Of a stretch of 64,000 bases of DNA, positions 36,906 to 45,656 are shown in pieces (the first letter of the stretch is position 1; every line of letters begins with the position of its first letter). Made by a program: the position numbers and the translations under genes. Below the pieces are notes generated by a model, which saw nothing but the letters and a program-made list of their open reading frames with translations, had not been told where the DNA came from and searched no databases. The stretch is from Bacteroidales bacterium (GTDB lineage Bacteria > Bacteroidota > Bacteroidia > Bacteroidales > UBA3824), in NCBI GenBank assembly GCA_016286055.1, contig JAEERW010000002.1:328458-392457 (forward strand), read 5' to 3'.

Positions 36906-38578
36906 CGCACAGTAAACTTCCATTCCCAAACCCGCTCATTTCCGCAGGGGTCTTCTACTTTGGCTACGAGGGTGTGACTGCCGGATTTTAGGTTGAGTTT
37001 GGCTACGGGGGCAATTAAACGGACGTTTTTGTAGTCGTATTCAAATAGTTTCCACTGTCCGTCGATAAAGACATTGTATTTTTCGATGCCGCTCATATTG
37101 TCGCTGATGCCGATAATGATGCTGCCCGACTGCGAGAGCGACGATGCCGACTTGCCCACAATCTTAGGTGCAATGGTGTCGGTGGCAATGAGGAAACTGC
37201 CGAAAGTGCGGGTTTCGGCGGTGATGTAGCCGTTGGAATATGCTCCGCCAACATAGCCGATGGAGTTTTTTGCACCCATTTTGGCAACGAAAACCTGCTT
37301 GGGAGTATACTGGCTGCCTATCAGCGATTTTATTTTTTCGGGAACGGGAATCCTTATCGAAATATAGTTTTGAAGGGGGATGCGGTAGTTGCCCACAGTG
37401 TACACGGGACGCGAATAGCGCGGCGAAGTATCGCACGAGAAATTGACATACTCGTTTTTGTAAAAAGTGCCTTGCGAAATATCTACCGTAATGCCCAATG
37501 TGTCGATACGCTGCTGCAAAGCCCATTCCAAAGGACGTCCCGACGGCGAAATAGGTGTGTTGTTGACGCTTGAATCGCCCAAGATGCTGAACCTCAAAAC
37601 GCTCTTATTGCCCACAAAATCTTTGAGTTCAAAACGGATATTGTGAGTTTCGCCGGGTGCGATGTAGATGTCGTCGTGAGCCGAAAAAATATCCAACTGA
37701 TTGTTGGGCTCCACAAAGCATTTCTGCACATACTGCTTGGTGTCCTGATAATGGGCGTAATCGATAAAACTATTGATATACCGGCTTTTATCAAACGGCA
37801 TACGGTCGAGACGCGATTGAAAAACGAGTTTTTCGCCGTCGTAAAGTGCAATTTCTACCAAACCGCAAGGGCGTCCGCCAACAGAGAAAAAGTCATTTGC
37901 ATTGATACCCAAGCCGATATGACCAAACGCCTTGACAGTGCGTCCCGAAATCTGTTTCATAGAGTAATATTTGTCGGCACACTCACCGTCTACCTGCGAA
38001 TCGTTTTCAAGAATGTAAATCTTTACGCCATAGATAGTTGGCGGATTAATATCGTCGATAGGCTGAATAAAAGCCAAAGGATTGAGAGCGTCCTCGGTTT
38101 CGTTTTCGCGCACCTCAAAATGCAAGTGAGGACCGCCCGAGCCGCCAGTGTTGCCCGAAAAAGCCACCACTTCGCCGCGTTTTACCTTGATTTGGTCTTT
38201 TTCGGGGTAATAATCCACCTCAAACGACTGATTTTTATACTGTTGAGCCAAAATCACCTTTTCAATTTTTGGAGCATAACCGTTGAGATGTCCGTAAAGA
38301 GTGGTGTAACCATCGTAATGCGTTATATATAAGGCGTGTCCGTAGCCAAAGGGCGACACTCTGATGCGCGACACATACCCGTCGGCGGCGGATTTCACCT
38401 CCACACCGATTTCGCCCGCCGTGGTAATGTCCAACCCTGCGTGAAAATGGTTAGGTCTGAGTTCGCAAAACGACGCGCTCATAATCATAGGAATATCCAT
38501 CGGATAGCGGTAAAGAGGTTTTTGTGCCGCCACCTGCAACGCCAAGAGCATTAAAGCCAATAATAATTTGCTTTTCAT
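36902..38578 (-). CDS. M23 family metallopeptidase (LytM-type), secreted
   Basis: 558 aa with a signal peptide. HxxxD (HFHAGLDI) and HxH (GGPHLHFEV) motifs are present, with a long C-terminal beta-rich extension. Confidence 0.85.
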   Translation of the reverse strand: MKSKLLLALMLLALQVAAQKPLYRYPMDIPMIMSASFCELRPNHFHAGLDITTAGEIGVEVKSAADGYVSRIRVSPFGYGHALYITHYDGYTTLYGHLNGYAPKIEKVILAQQYKNQSFEVDYYPEKDQIKVKRGEVVAFSGNTGGSGGPHLHFEVRENETEDALNPLAFIQPIDDINPPTIYGVKIYILENDSQVDGECADKYYSMKQISGRTVKAFGHIGLGINANDFFSVGGRPCGLVEIALYDGEKLVFQSRLDRMPFDKSRYINSFIDYAHYQDTKQYVQKCFVEPNNQLDIFSAHDDIYIAPGETHNIRFELKDFVGNKSVLRFSILGDSSVNNTPISPSGRPLEWALQQRIDTLGITVDISQGTFYKNEYVNFSCDTSPRYSRPVYTVGNYRIPLQNYISIRIPVPEKIKSLIGSQYTPKQVFVAKMGAKNSIGYVGGAYSNGYITAETRTFGSFLIATDTIAPKIVGKSASSLSQSGSIIIGISDNMSGIEKYNVFIDGQWKLFEYDYKNVRLIAPVAKLNLKSGSHTLVAKVEDPCGNERVWEWKFTVR

Positions 38579-38600
38579 CTATTTCAATTTTTTAGAAGGG

Positions 38601-38608
38601 CAAAATTA
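38601..38608 (-). promoter_or_regulatory. -7 box TAATTTTG for the M23 peptidase gene
   Basis: Exact TAnnTTTG on the minus strand, 23 nt upstream of the ATG at 38578. Confidence 0.45.
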
Positions 38609-38641
38609 TATACTTTTTTTTATTTTGAAAACGATTTTCCT

Positions 38642-38649
38642 TACCTTTG
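38642..38649 (+). promoter_or_regulatory. -7 box TACCTTTG for the ABC-F gene
   Basis: Exact TAnnTTTG, 32 nt upstream of the ATG at 38681. Confidence 0.5.
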
Positions 38650-38680
38650 CGCCCACAAATTTTAAAACACCTTAATAGTA

Positions 38681-40318
38681 ATGCTAAGCGTAGACAACCT
38701 TGCCGTAGAGTTCGGCGGAACAACTCTGTTTCAGAACATCTCTTTTCAAATCAACGACAAAGACCGCATTGCCCTTATGGGTAAAAACGGCGCAGGCAAA
38801 AGCACTCTGCTTAAAGTGATTGCCGGTGAACGTACCCCTACCCGTGGCGCTGTTACCAAACCCAAAGATTGCATTGTGGCGTATCTACCGCAACACCTTA
38901 TGACGGAGGATGGTAGAACTGTTTTTGAGGAGGCCTCGCTCGCTTTTCAACATCTCAAAGATACCGAAAACGAGATTGAACGCATCAACCGCGAACTCGA
39001 AACCCGTACCGACTACGAATCAGACGAATATATGGCTCTGATAGAAAAGGTTAGCGCACTAAGCGAAAAGTTCTACGCCATTGATATGACCAATTTTGAG
39101 GAGGATATCGAAAAAACTCTTATGGGATTGGGCTTTGAACGTTCTGATTTTCAACGTCAAACTTCTGAATTTTCGGGCGGATGGCGTATGCGTATCGAAC
39201 TTGCCAAATTGCTTTTGAAAAATCCCGATGTGTTGCTCTTAGACGAGCCCACCAACCACTTAGATATCGAATCTATTCAATGGTTGGAGGATTTTATAAA
39301 GCAGAGTTCCAAATCGGTGGTGCTCATCAGTCACGACAAACGTTTTGTAGACTCTATCACCAACCGCACCATCGAAATCACTATGGGCAGAATTTACGAC
39401 TACAAAGCCACTTATTCTCACTATCTTGAACTCCGCAAAGAACGCCGCGAACAGCAGCAAAAGCAATACGACGAGCAGCAGAAGATGATTCAAGAAACCA
39501 AGGATTTCATCGAGCGTTTCAAAGGAACATACTCCAAAACACTTCAAGTGCAAAGCCGCGTAAAAATGCTCGAAAAACTTGTGCTTATTGAGGTTGACGA
39601 GGAGGATAATTCGCGTTTAAAACTGCGGTTTCCGCCATCGGTGCGTTCGGGACAATATCCTGTTATTGCCGAGGGCGTGTCAAAAAGTTACGACAGATTG
39701 ATATTCGGTAATGCGTCGTTTACCATAGAACGTGGAGAAAAGGTTGCCTTTGTGGGTCGCAATGGCGAGGGCAAATCCACTATGGTTAAGTGCATTATGA
39801 AAGAAATTCCGTTTGAGGGCAAACTCCAACTCGGACACAATATTCAAATAGGATATTTTGCGCAAAATTCGGCATCGCTCCTCGACGAAAATCTCACTGT
39901 TTTTCAAACCATCGACGACATTGCCAAGGGCGACATCCGCACCAAAATCAAGGATATGCTCGGCGCGTTTATGTTTTCGGGCGAAAACATCGACAAAAAG
40001 GTGAAGGTGCTTTCAGGTGGTGAACGTCAGCGACTTGCGTTATTAAAACTGCTTTTAGAGCCAGTCAACTTCCTCATTCTCGACGAGCCCACCAACCACC
40101 TCGACCTCAAAACCAAGGACGTACTCAAACAGGCTCTGCTTGCATTCGACGGCACGCTGATAGTGGTAAGTCACGACCGCGATTTCCTCGACGGACTTGT
40201 TACCAAGGTGTATGAATTTGGACACCAAAAGGTAAAAGAGCACCTCTGCGGCATCAACGAATTTCTTGAAACCAAGAAAATGGAGCATTTGCAAGATATT
40301 GAGAGGAAGGGGAGGTAA
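38681..40318 (+). CDS. ABC-F family ATPase (two ABC cassettes, no TM domain)
   Basis: 545 aa with two Walker A motifs (GKNGAGKST, GRNGEGKST), two signatures (FSGGWRMR, LSGGERQR) and a charged inter-domain linker (RKERREQQQKQYDEQQK). Confidence 0.9.
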   Translation: MLSVDNLAVEFGGTTLFQNISFQINDKDRIALMGKNGAGKSTLLKVIAGERTPTRGAVTKPKDCIVAYLPQHLMTEDGRTVFEEASLAFQHLKDTENEIERINRELETRTDYESDEYMALIEKVSALSEKFYAIDMTNFEEDIEKTLMGLGFERSDFQRQTSEFSGGWRMRIELAKLLLKNPDVLLLDEPTNHLDIESIQWLEDFIKQSSKSVVLISHDKRFVDSITNRTIEITMGRIYDYKATYSHYLELRKERREQQQKQYDEQQKMIQETKDFIERFKGTYSKTLQVQSRVKMLEKLVLIEVDEEDNSRLKLRFPPSVRSGQYPVIAEGVSKSYDRLIFGNASFTIERGEKVAFVGRNGEGKSTMVKCIMKEIPFEGKLQLGHNIQIGYFAQNSASLLDENLTVFQTIDDIAKGDIRTKIKDMLGAFMFSGENIDKKVKVLSGGERQRLALLKLLLEPVNFLILDEPTNHLDLKTKDVLKQALLAFDGTLIVVSHDRDFLDGLVTKVYEFGHQKVKEHLCGINEFLETKKMEHLQDIERKGR

Positions 40319-40319
40319 A

Positions 40320-41390
40320 CTAATACACAAAGCATTCTCCATTGTATCCAGTCACGTTTTCAAAAATTGACCGGATTTGCGCATTGTTTTCAACCTTTAT
40401 GCGGTGGAGGTTGCCTTTGCTAAGGTAATAAAAACAGCCATTACGTTCCAAAGTATCTAAATGCGTGATAAACAGGTGATAATCTACATTTTTGTAATCT
40501 TTGAGCCTATGTCGGGTGAATGCCTCGTTTAAAAGGTCGAAATCGAATACACCGGTTTTAAAATTTCCTTGATAACCGTTGTAGACATTGGATTCTGATT
40601 TGTCGGCAAGATTGTAATTATCAACCTGTTGCGGAGTGTAGCCGTTGCCATGACGGGTGAGATATGTGCGAGTGGCAAGATAAACCTCCGCGCCGTTGAG
40701 TTCGTTTTCGGAGAGATATTGAAGACCTGTGTTTGTGGCAGTTACGTTTGGCAAAAATCCAAGTTGAGCATCGAGCAAAAGTCCCTGTGTACCTTCGTAA
40801 ATTATTGTGTCATAATCGTTTTCGTTGATAATGGTTTGTGTTTGCCTAACAAAGTTGAACGCATTGGTAAACATATCATCAAACTCTTTGCAACGCTCTA
40901 CACCATAATAAGATGCACATTCGGCAAGAATAGTTTCGGGATTGTCGCTGAGAGTAAACCTCCTGCCTGTCCTTGAACGTTTCAACGAAGCCCAAACTCC
41001 TTTGCCACAAGTGCCGTCGGAGAGAGTTTTTTTGTCGTTGCGATTAAAATCCACATCGTAAGGGGTGATAATTATACCCGAAGAAAAATCATAAACGGGA
41101 TTTATACCTTTGGCGTTCAATACATTAAGTTCGTTGACAATGCATATAGGGTCAATCAATGCGGTATTGCGGTAAAGCGTTGGCACACCGAGCAATGTAG
41201 CCGAACCAAACGACGAAAAAATGTGCCTAATGCCGCCCTCGTCAACAGTGTGGGCAGCCTGAGGTCCGCCGGTAAAACGCACCACCAAGGGACGCAATCC
41301 TTCGTTTAATGCCTTCTTGCAAAGGTAGTTGACACATACGCCTTTGCCTTCGTCGCCAAAGAGCGAACCAAGTACTATTTTACGATTCAT
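40320..41390 (-). CDS. Short, divergent adenylosuccinate-synthetase-family protein (PurA-like)
   Basis: 356 aa. PurA-type motifs include a P-loop (GSLFGDEGKG), GGPQAAHT (compare GGHNAGHT), YEGTQGLLLD (compare FEGAQGTLLD) and ITHLDTL (compare TKLDVL). The TTGRRRR arginine cluster and the C-terminal roughly 70 aa of canonical PurA are not recognisable. Confidence 0.65.
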   Translation of the reverse strand: MNRKIVLGSLFGDEGKGVCVNYLCKKALNEGLRPLVVRFTGGPQAAHTVDEGGIRHIFSSFGSATLLGVPTLYRNTALIDPICIVNELNVLNAKGINPVYDFSSGIIITPYDVDFNRNDKKTLSDGTCGKGVWASLKRSRTGRRFTLSDNPETILAECASYYGVERCKEFDDMFTNAFNFVRQTQTIINENDYDTIIYEGTQGLLLDAQLGFLPNVTATNTGLQYLSENELNGAEVYLATRTYLTRHGNGYTPQQVDNYNLADKSESNVYNGYQGNFKTGVFDFDLLNEAFTRHRLKDYKNVDYHLFITHLDTLERNGCFYYLSKGNLHRIKVENNAQIRSIFENVTGYNGECFVY

Positions 41391-41409
41391 AAGCCTTTCG
41401 TTTATAATG

Positions 41410-41417
41410 CAAATATA
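41410..41417 (-). promoter_or_regulatory. -7 box TATATTTG for the PurA-like gene
   Basis: Exact TAnnTTTG on the minus strand, 20 nt upstream of the ATG at 41390. Confidence 0.45.
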
Positions 41418-41459
41418 TCAAAATTTTAAGCAATTTGTTGCATTATCAAAGATAATATA

Positions 41460-41467
41460 TAATTTTG
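41460..41467 (+). promoter_or_regulatory. -7 box TAATTTTG for the 41492 gene
   Basis: Exact TAnnTTTG, 25 nt upstream of the ATG at 41492. Confidence 0.45.
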
Positions 41468-41491
41468 TACGATTTTTAAAAACTAACTACG

Positions 41492-42526
41492 ATGAAAAAC
41501 ATTGTATCACTTATACTTCTGATGCTTTTACCGTTTATGGCGTTTGCGCAAAACGGCGTTTACACTGTAAAATTCGGTGTTACGGTAAGAAATTTACCTC
41601 GTTACTATGTTCAGCCTCAAAGCCGCAACTATTCGCTCGTATGTGCTGCCGACCGTCAAGTGCAGCATCACGTATCGTTCGACCAAATAAGCGACGAACT
41701 CCATTTTGCCGGCTGGAAACGCCTCTCCTCGCCCACCAACGCATATATGAAGATTAATATCAACCTCAAAAGTATGCTCATCGACGGTTTCGGCGTTAAG
41801 GAAAACATCATCGACACTCGCGACCGTTTTGGTCATCCTATCAAGGTGCATACTTTTCAGGGCGTGATAAACTACACAATGGTAACCACTTGGACGGTGC
41901 GCACTCCTTCGGAAAATTTCTCGTCGAACCCAAATGTGTCGTACGCGCCCAAGGCTTTTACTCCCGAACGCGAATTTGACACTCCCGGCGCCGCTATGGA
42001 TTATGTGCGCAACAACCGCGATGTGTTCCGCGATCAGATTATCAACGACGAGGTGATGTCAAACATTTATGAGATTTCTGACCTCGTTAACCAAAACTAC
42101 ATCTACAACCCCGTTGAAGAGCCGTTCGACCTATATTTCTTCTATCAGAAAAAGAACCGCTATTACAGTCTCCACCGCAATCTGCCGCAAACAATCAAGG
42201 CGCATTTGGCTCAAATCAATGAAAACGGAGGAATGGCTACCACCGAAATCGCTATGGAAGACATCATCAAGCATTTTAAAACCGCCGCCGACTCGTACTC
42301 GTTTGCCAACAAAAAAGAACGCAAGGCTCGCTACGCAATGCTCTACAACCTTTGCGTGCTCAACTACGTGTTTGAAAACTTCGACGAGGCAAAACGTTAC
42401 GCTCAGATGATTGTCGACAGCGGATACAACAAGATGACAGGCCGTCACCTTTTAGACGTGATTGCCGACAAGCAAAACAGATTTATCAAGCACAATATCA
42501 CTACTCAACATTTTGAAGTTTATTAG
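41492..42526 (+). CDS. Secreted hypothetical protein
   Basis: 344 aa with a signal peptide (MKNIVSLILLMLLPFMAFAQ). I recognise no motif. The C-terminal segment (ARYAMLYNLCVLNYVFENFDEAKRYAQ) is TPR-like. It ends 36 nt upstream of the Ddl-like gene. Confidence 0.5.
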   Translation: MKNIVSLILLMLLPFMAFAQNGVYTVKFGVTVRNLPRYYVQPQSRNYSLVCAADRQVQHHVSFDQISDELHFAGWKRLSSPTNAYMKININLKSMLIDGFGVKENIIDTRDRFGHPIKVHTFQGVINYTMVTTWTVRTPSENFSSNPNVSYAPKAFTPEREFDTPGAAMDYVRNNRDVFRDQIINDEVMSNIYEISDLVNQNYIYNPVEEPFDLYFFYQKKNRYYSLHRNLPQTIKAHLAQINENGGMATTEIAMEDIIKHFKTAADSYSFANKKERKARYAMLYNLCVLNYVFENFDEAKRYAQMIVDSGYNKMTGRHLLDVIADKQNRFIKHNITTQHFEVY

Positions 42527-42562
42527 GGTAAAAATATATAAATCAGATAATTACAAAACAAA

Positions 42563-43810
42563 ATGATAACATTAGGCGTATTTTTTGGCGGAATGTCGGT
42601 AGAACACGAAATCTCAGTGATTTCGGCGTTGCAAACCATTCACGCTTTTCCGGAATTTAAATATAACATTGTTCCGATTTACATTTCAAAAGAGGGCGAA
42701 TGGTACACAGGCCCCGGTCTTACCGTGGTATCCAACTACCGCAACCTTCCCAAACTGCTCTCGTGGTGCGAAAAAGTTTATATGACTCCCACCCGTGGCG
42801 ATTTCAACCTTTACCGCTACAAGTCGAATATGTTTAAATCAAAGGTAGTTACCAAAATCGACGTTGCGTTCCCCATTCTACACGGTTCGTACGGCGAAGA
42901 CGGCTCGCTACAAGGTTTCTTCGAGATGATTGGCATTCCATACGTTGGCTCAAACCTCCGCGCAAGCAACATCGCTATGGACAAAATTGCCACCAAATAT
43001 ATGTGCCAATCGTGCGGTATCCCCTGCGTAGACTATATGTGGACAACAGATAAGGAATGGTTTGAAAATCACGACGAAATGAAGGCCAAAGCCGAAAAAA
43101 TCGGTTATCCCCTCATCGTAAAACCCGCCACTCTCGGCTCGTCGGTAGGTATCTCTAAGGCTGCCAACGAAAAAGAACTTGAAGCGGCTGTTGACCTCGC
43201 TGCCAAATTCACCGACAAGATTATAATCGAACGTATGGTTCAAAATCTTCAAGAGATAAACTGCTCGGTATACGGCAGTTACCACGACTGCAAGGCTTCC
43301 GTATTAGAAGAGCCCATCCGCAGCGGCGACATCCTCTCTTACAAAGACAAATATATGGGTTCGTCGTCAACCAAAGGCGGTGCAAAGGGCGGAATGAAAT
43401 TTGGCGCAAAAGGCGGCAAAATGGCAGGTGCAAAAGGAGGTTCAGGCTCAATGAGCGACAGCCAACGCAAATGTCCCGCCGACCTTCCTGAGGACGTTAC
43501 CAAAAATATTCAATCTCTCGCCATCAAGACTTTCAAAGAGATGAACGCATCGGGCATTATCCGTATCGACTTTATGCGCAACAAGGAGACCGGCGAAGTT
43601 TATGTAAACGAAATCAACGCCATCCCCGGTTCGCTCTCGTTCTACCTTTGGGAAGCCACTGGCAAAAAATTCGTTGACGTTCTCGACGACGTTATCAACG
43701 TGGCAATCAAAGAAAACGCCGAAAAACAGAAACTCAAACACAGTTTCGACCAAAACATCTTTGCTATGGGCGGCGGCGCAGGCTTCAAGATGGGCGGCGC
43801 TAAGAGATAA
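42563..43810 (+). CDS. D-alanine--D-alanine ligase family ATP-grasp protein with a Gly/Ala/Lys-rich insertion and tail
   Basis: 415 aa with Ddl motifs (GVFFGGMSVEHEISVISA, FPILHGSYGEDGSLQGFFEMIGIPYVG, PLIVKPATLGSSVGISK, VNEINAIPGSLSFYLW). The insertion GSSSTKGGAKGGMKFGAKGGKMAGAKGGSGS follows ILSYKDKY. The C-terminus ends in GGGAGFKMGGAKR. Confidence 0.8.
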   Translation: MITLGVFFGGMSVEHEISVISALQTIHAFPEFKYNIVPIYISKEGEWYTGPGLTVVSNYRNLPKLLSWCEKVYMTPTRGDFNLYRYKSNMFKSKVVTKIDVAFPILHGSYGEDGSLQGFFEMIGIPYVGSNLRASNIAMDKIATKYMCQSCGIPCVDYMWTTDKEWFENHDEMKAKAEKIGYPLIVKPATLGSSVGISKAANEKELEAAVDLAAKFTDKIIIERMVQNLQEINCSVYGSYHDCKASVLEEPIRSGDILSYKDKYMGSSSTKGGAKGGMKFGAKGGKMAGAKGGSGSMSDSQRKCPADLPEDVTKNIQSLAIKTFKEMNASGIIRIDFMRNKETGEVYVNEINAIPGSLSFYLWEATGKKFVDVLDDVINVAIKENAEKQKLKHSFDQNIFAMGGGAGFKMGGAKR

Positions 43811-43830
43811 TTCACACCTTATTATAAATA

Positions 43831-43862
43831 AAAAGGCGAGGATAAAATCCTCGCCTTTTTTT
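43831..43862. terminator. Bidirectional intrinsic terminator between the Ddl-like and Rpn genes
   Basis: A-run-ggcgagga-taaaa-tcctcgcc-T7: a perfect 8-bp stem. Confidence 0.85.
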
Positions 43863-43881
43863 ATTTATATAGTTTTGATAA

Positions 43882-44775
43882 TTACAACTTTTCTATTTCG
43901 TCAGTTGGCAGTTGGGTGATTTTAGAAATTAAATTGAAATCAAGACCTTCTGCTTTCATACGCTTGGCTGTTTCAAATTTTTCGGATTGTGCGCCTTCGG
44001 CCTTGCCTTGTGCCATACCTTCCACACGTCCTTCCGCACGTCCTTGTTCTATGCCGTCTTTCATTGCACTGGTCACGGAATTGCGCTGGGTCATCACTTC
44101 GAGCAAATAGTCTTCGTAAGCGTACATATCGGCATCTGTATAGGCACTCCTTTCTACAATGTTCAACGCCTGACTGATTTCGGGGTTTTCGAGCAATACG
44201 TCGTCTACCTTTTCGGTCTGCTCGTTGATTTCGGTGAGGAAACGAAGCCACAAATCCTTGATGGCGCGGCTGCCTCGGTCGACTGGACGGTATTTTACAA
44301 GTTCTACGAAGATGAGCGAGAGGTCGTGATGAATGTCCTCAGGATGGTTTTTGTTGGTGATATAGAACTCCTGCATATATCCGCTGTCGCCATCGTAGTT
44401 GAACGCCTCGTCGTTGACGAGGGCAAGTGCGTAAACTTCTTTCAACCGTTCAAACGGGTTGCCTTTTGCTAATTGCTTGGTATACATAGAGGCAGCGTTG
44501 AAAAGTGTGCGCGAGAAGAACTCCTTGTTCCAATACGACTGCATCTCCACAATAAAACCGCGACCGTGGTTGTCGGTGCAGCGTACGTCAACTATCGAAT
44601 ACTTTTTGGCAGGATTCTCGGGGACATTCTCGGAGGTGAGGTATTCCACTTTGACTATTTCCATACCTTCGGGCATTGGCAAAAGGGCATTCAAAAGGCT
44701 CTTGACAAGGTTGGGATGCTCGCCAAAGATTTTTTTGAAGGTCATGTCTACTTTCGGATTCAGATATTTTGCCAT
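43882..44775 (-). CDS. Rpn-family recombination-promoting nuclease / PD-(D/E)XK putative transposase
   Basis: 297 aa. The N-terminus YLNPKVDMTFKKIFGEHPNLVKSLLNALL and the core IVDVRCTD...FIVEMQ are typical of the family. The tail is ...AKRMKAEGLDFNLISKITQLPTDEIEKL. Confidence 0.85.
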   Translation of the reverse strand: MAKYLNPKVDMTFKKIFGEHPNLVKSLLNALLPMPEGMEIVKVEYLTSENVPENPAKKYSIVDVRCTDNHGRGFIVEMQSYWNKEFFSRTLFNAASMYTKQLAKGNPFERLKEVYALALVNDEAFNYDGDSGYMQEFYITNKNHPEDIHHDLSLIFVELVKYRPVDRGSRAIKDLWLRFLTEINEQTEKVDDVLLENPEISQALNIVERSAYTDADMYAYEDYLLEVMTQRNSVTSAMKDGIEQGRAEGRVEGMAQGKAEGAQSEKFETAKRMKAEGLDFNLISKITQLPTDEIEKL

Positions 44776-44803
44776 AGTTGATTCTCGTTTAATGTATTTA
44801 GGG

Positions 44804-44811
44804 CAAAGTTA
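44804..44811 (-). promoter_or_regulatory. -7 box TAACTTTG for the Rpn gene
   Basis: Exact TAnnTTTG on the minus strand, 29 nt upstream of the ATG at 44775. Confidence 0.5.
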
Positions 44812-45131
44812 GCGGTTTGGTTTCTATTCTCCAAATTTATTTTTTTCTTCTTTTTAACACCGAATTAAACGAAGGAAACGAAAAACCATTATCAACCAAA
44901 AAATTATAAATCAACAAGTTGAATTATAATTTGGCGAATTTAACGAATGTGAGTAATGTGTGGGGTCACGGAAACTGACACAATATTCTGTTTGTCAAGG
45001 TTTTATTGATATCCAATAAAAGGGTTGAAAACATTTTTTATATTGCGGTATGTGAGTGATACTACAAGTTGTTAGTTTGTAGGGGGTGTTATTCGTTTCT
45101 TGGATTAATTTTCCCTAAATTGTGATGCTTA

Positions 45132-45653
45132 TTAAATTATATCACTGTGCGTAAAACGAACAAGCCGATCATATATATAATGCTCTAAATCAATCTGATT
45201 TGCTTTGTGATAACCACCAATTTCGCCCACAAACACATCATCATTAAACAGATAATAAATTGGCAAGTTAATTATCTTGTAAATAGTATTGTATGTTTGT
45301 GGTTGATGTGTTAAACAATGTTCTTGATATATCTCTTTAAATTCTGGATAACAAATAGAACAACTATCTACTGATTCAAGAAAGCATACAGTATCTAATG
45401 TAAAAAAAGATAAGAACTGATTTTTTGTAATGGATTTGCTTATCTGAGTAGTCAATGTATCTATCAAACCTTTGTATAATTCTAACTCAAAATTGACACC
45501 TGCAATTCCGTTTGTAGCCCACAACTCAATTCTTAAATCATCGTTCTTTTCAGTGAGTTCTTGCACTTTGTTCTGATACCAATAAATAACATACGCCATA
45601 AAGCCAAAAATGATTATTAGTATCGAAGTTAGAACTATTGTTTTACATTTCAT
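45132..45653 (-). CDS. Membrane-anchored hypothetical protein (immunity-like position)
   Basis: 173 aa with a single N-terminal TM (IVLTSILIIIFGFMAYVIYWY). It lies in an AT-rich islet and starts 3 nt after the stop of the HExxH ORF. No motif recognised. Confidence 0.4.
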   Translation of the reverse strand: MKCKTIVLTSILIIIFGFMAYVIYWYQNKVQELTEKNDDLRIELWATNGIAGVNFELELYKGLIDTLTTQISKSITKNQFLSFFTLDTVCFLESVDSCSICYPEFKEIYQEHCLTHQPQTYNTIYKIINLPIYYLFNDDVFVGEIGGYHKANQIDLEHYIYDRLVRFTHSDII

Positions 45654-45656
45654 ATT

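Noticed and set aside
40320-41390. The PurA-like protein considered as phage-type PurZ (2-aminoadenine pathway).
   Set aside because: The P-loop Asp (GDEGKG) is retained; as far as I recall it is replaced in PurZ. None of the companion genes (dATP/dGTP hydrolases or a dedicated polymerase) and no prophage context is present. I keep it only as a generic altered-substrate PurA-fold hypothesis.
44820-45131. The 310-nt gene-free stretch examined for a tRNA, tmRNA or small-RNA gene.
   Set aside because: I saw no cloverleaf-compatible stems, no GTTCGAATC-type T-loop box, and no promoter-terminator pair. Only the palindrome, reported separately, stands out.
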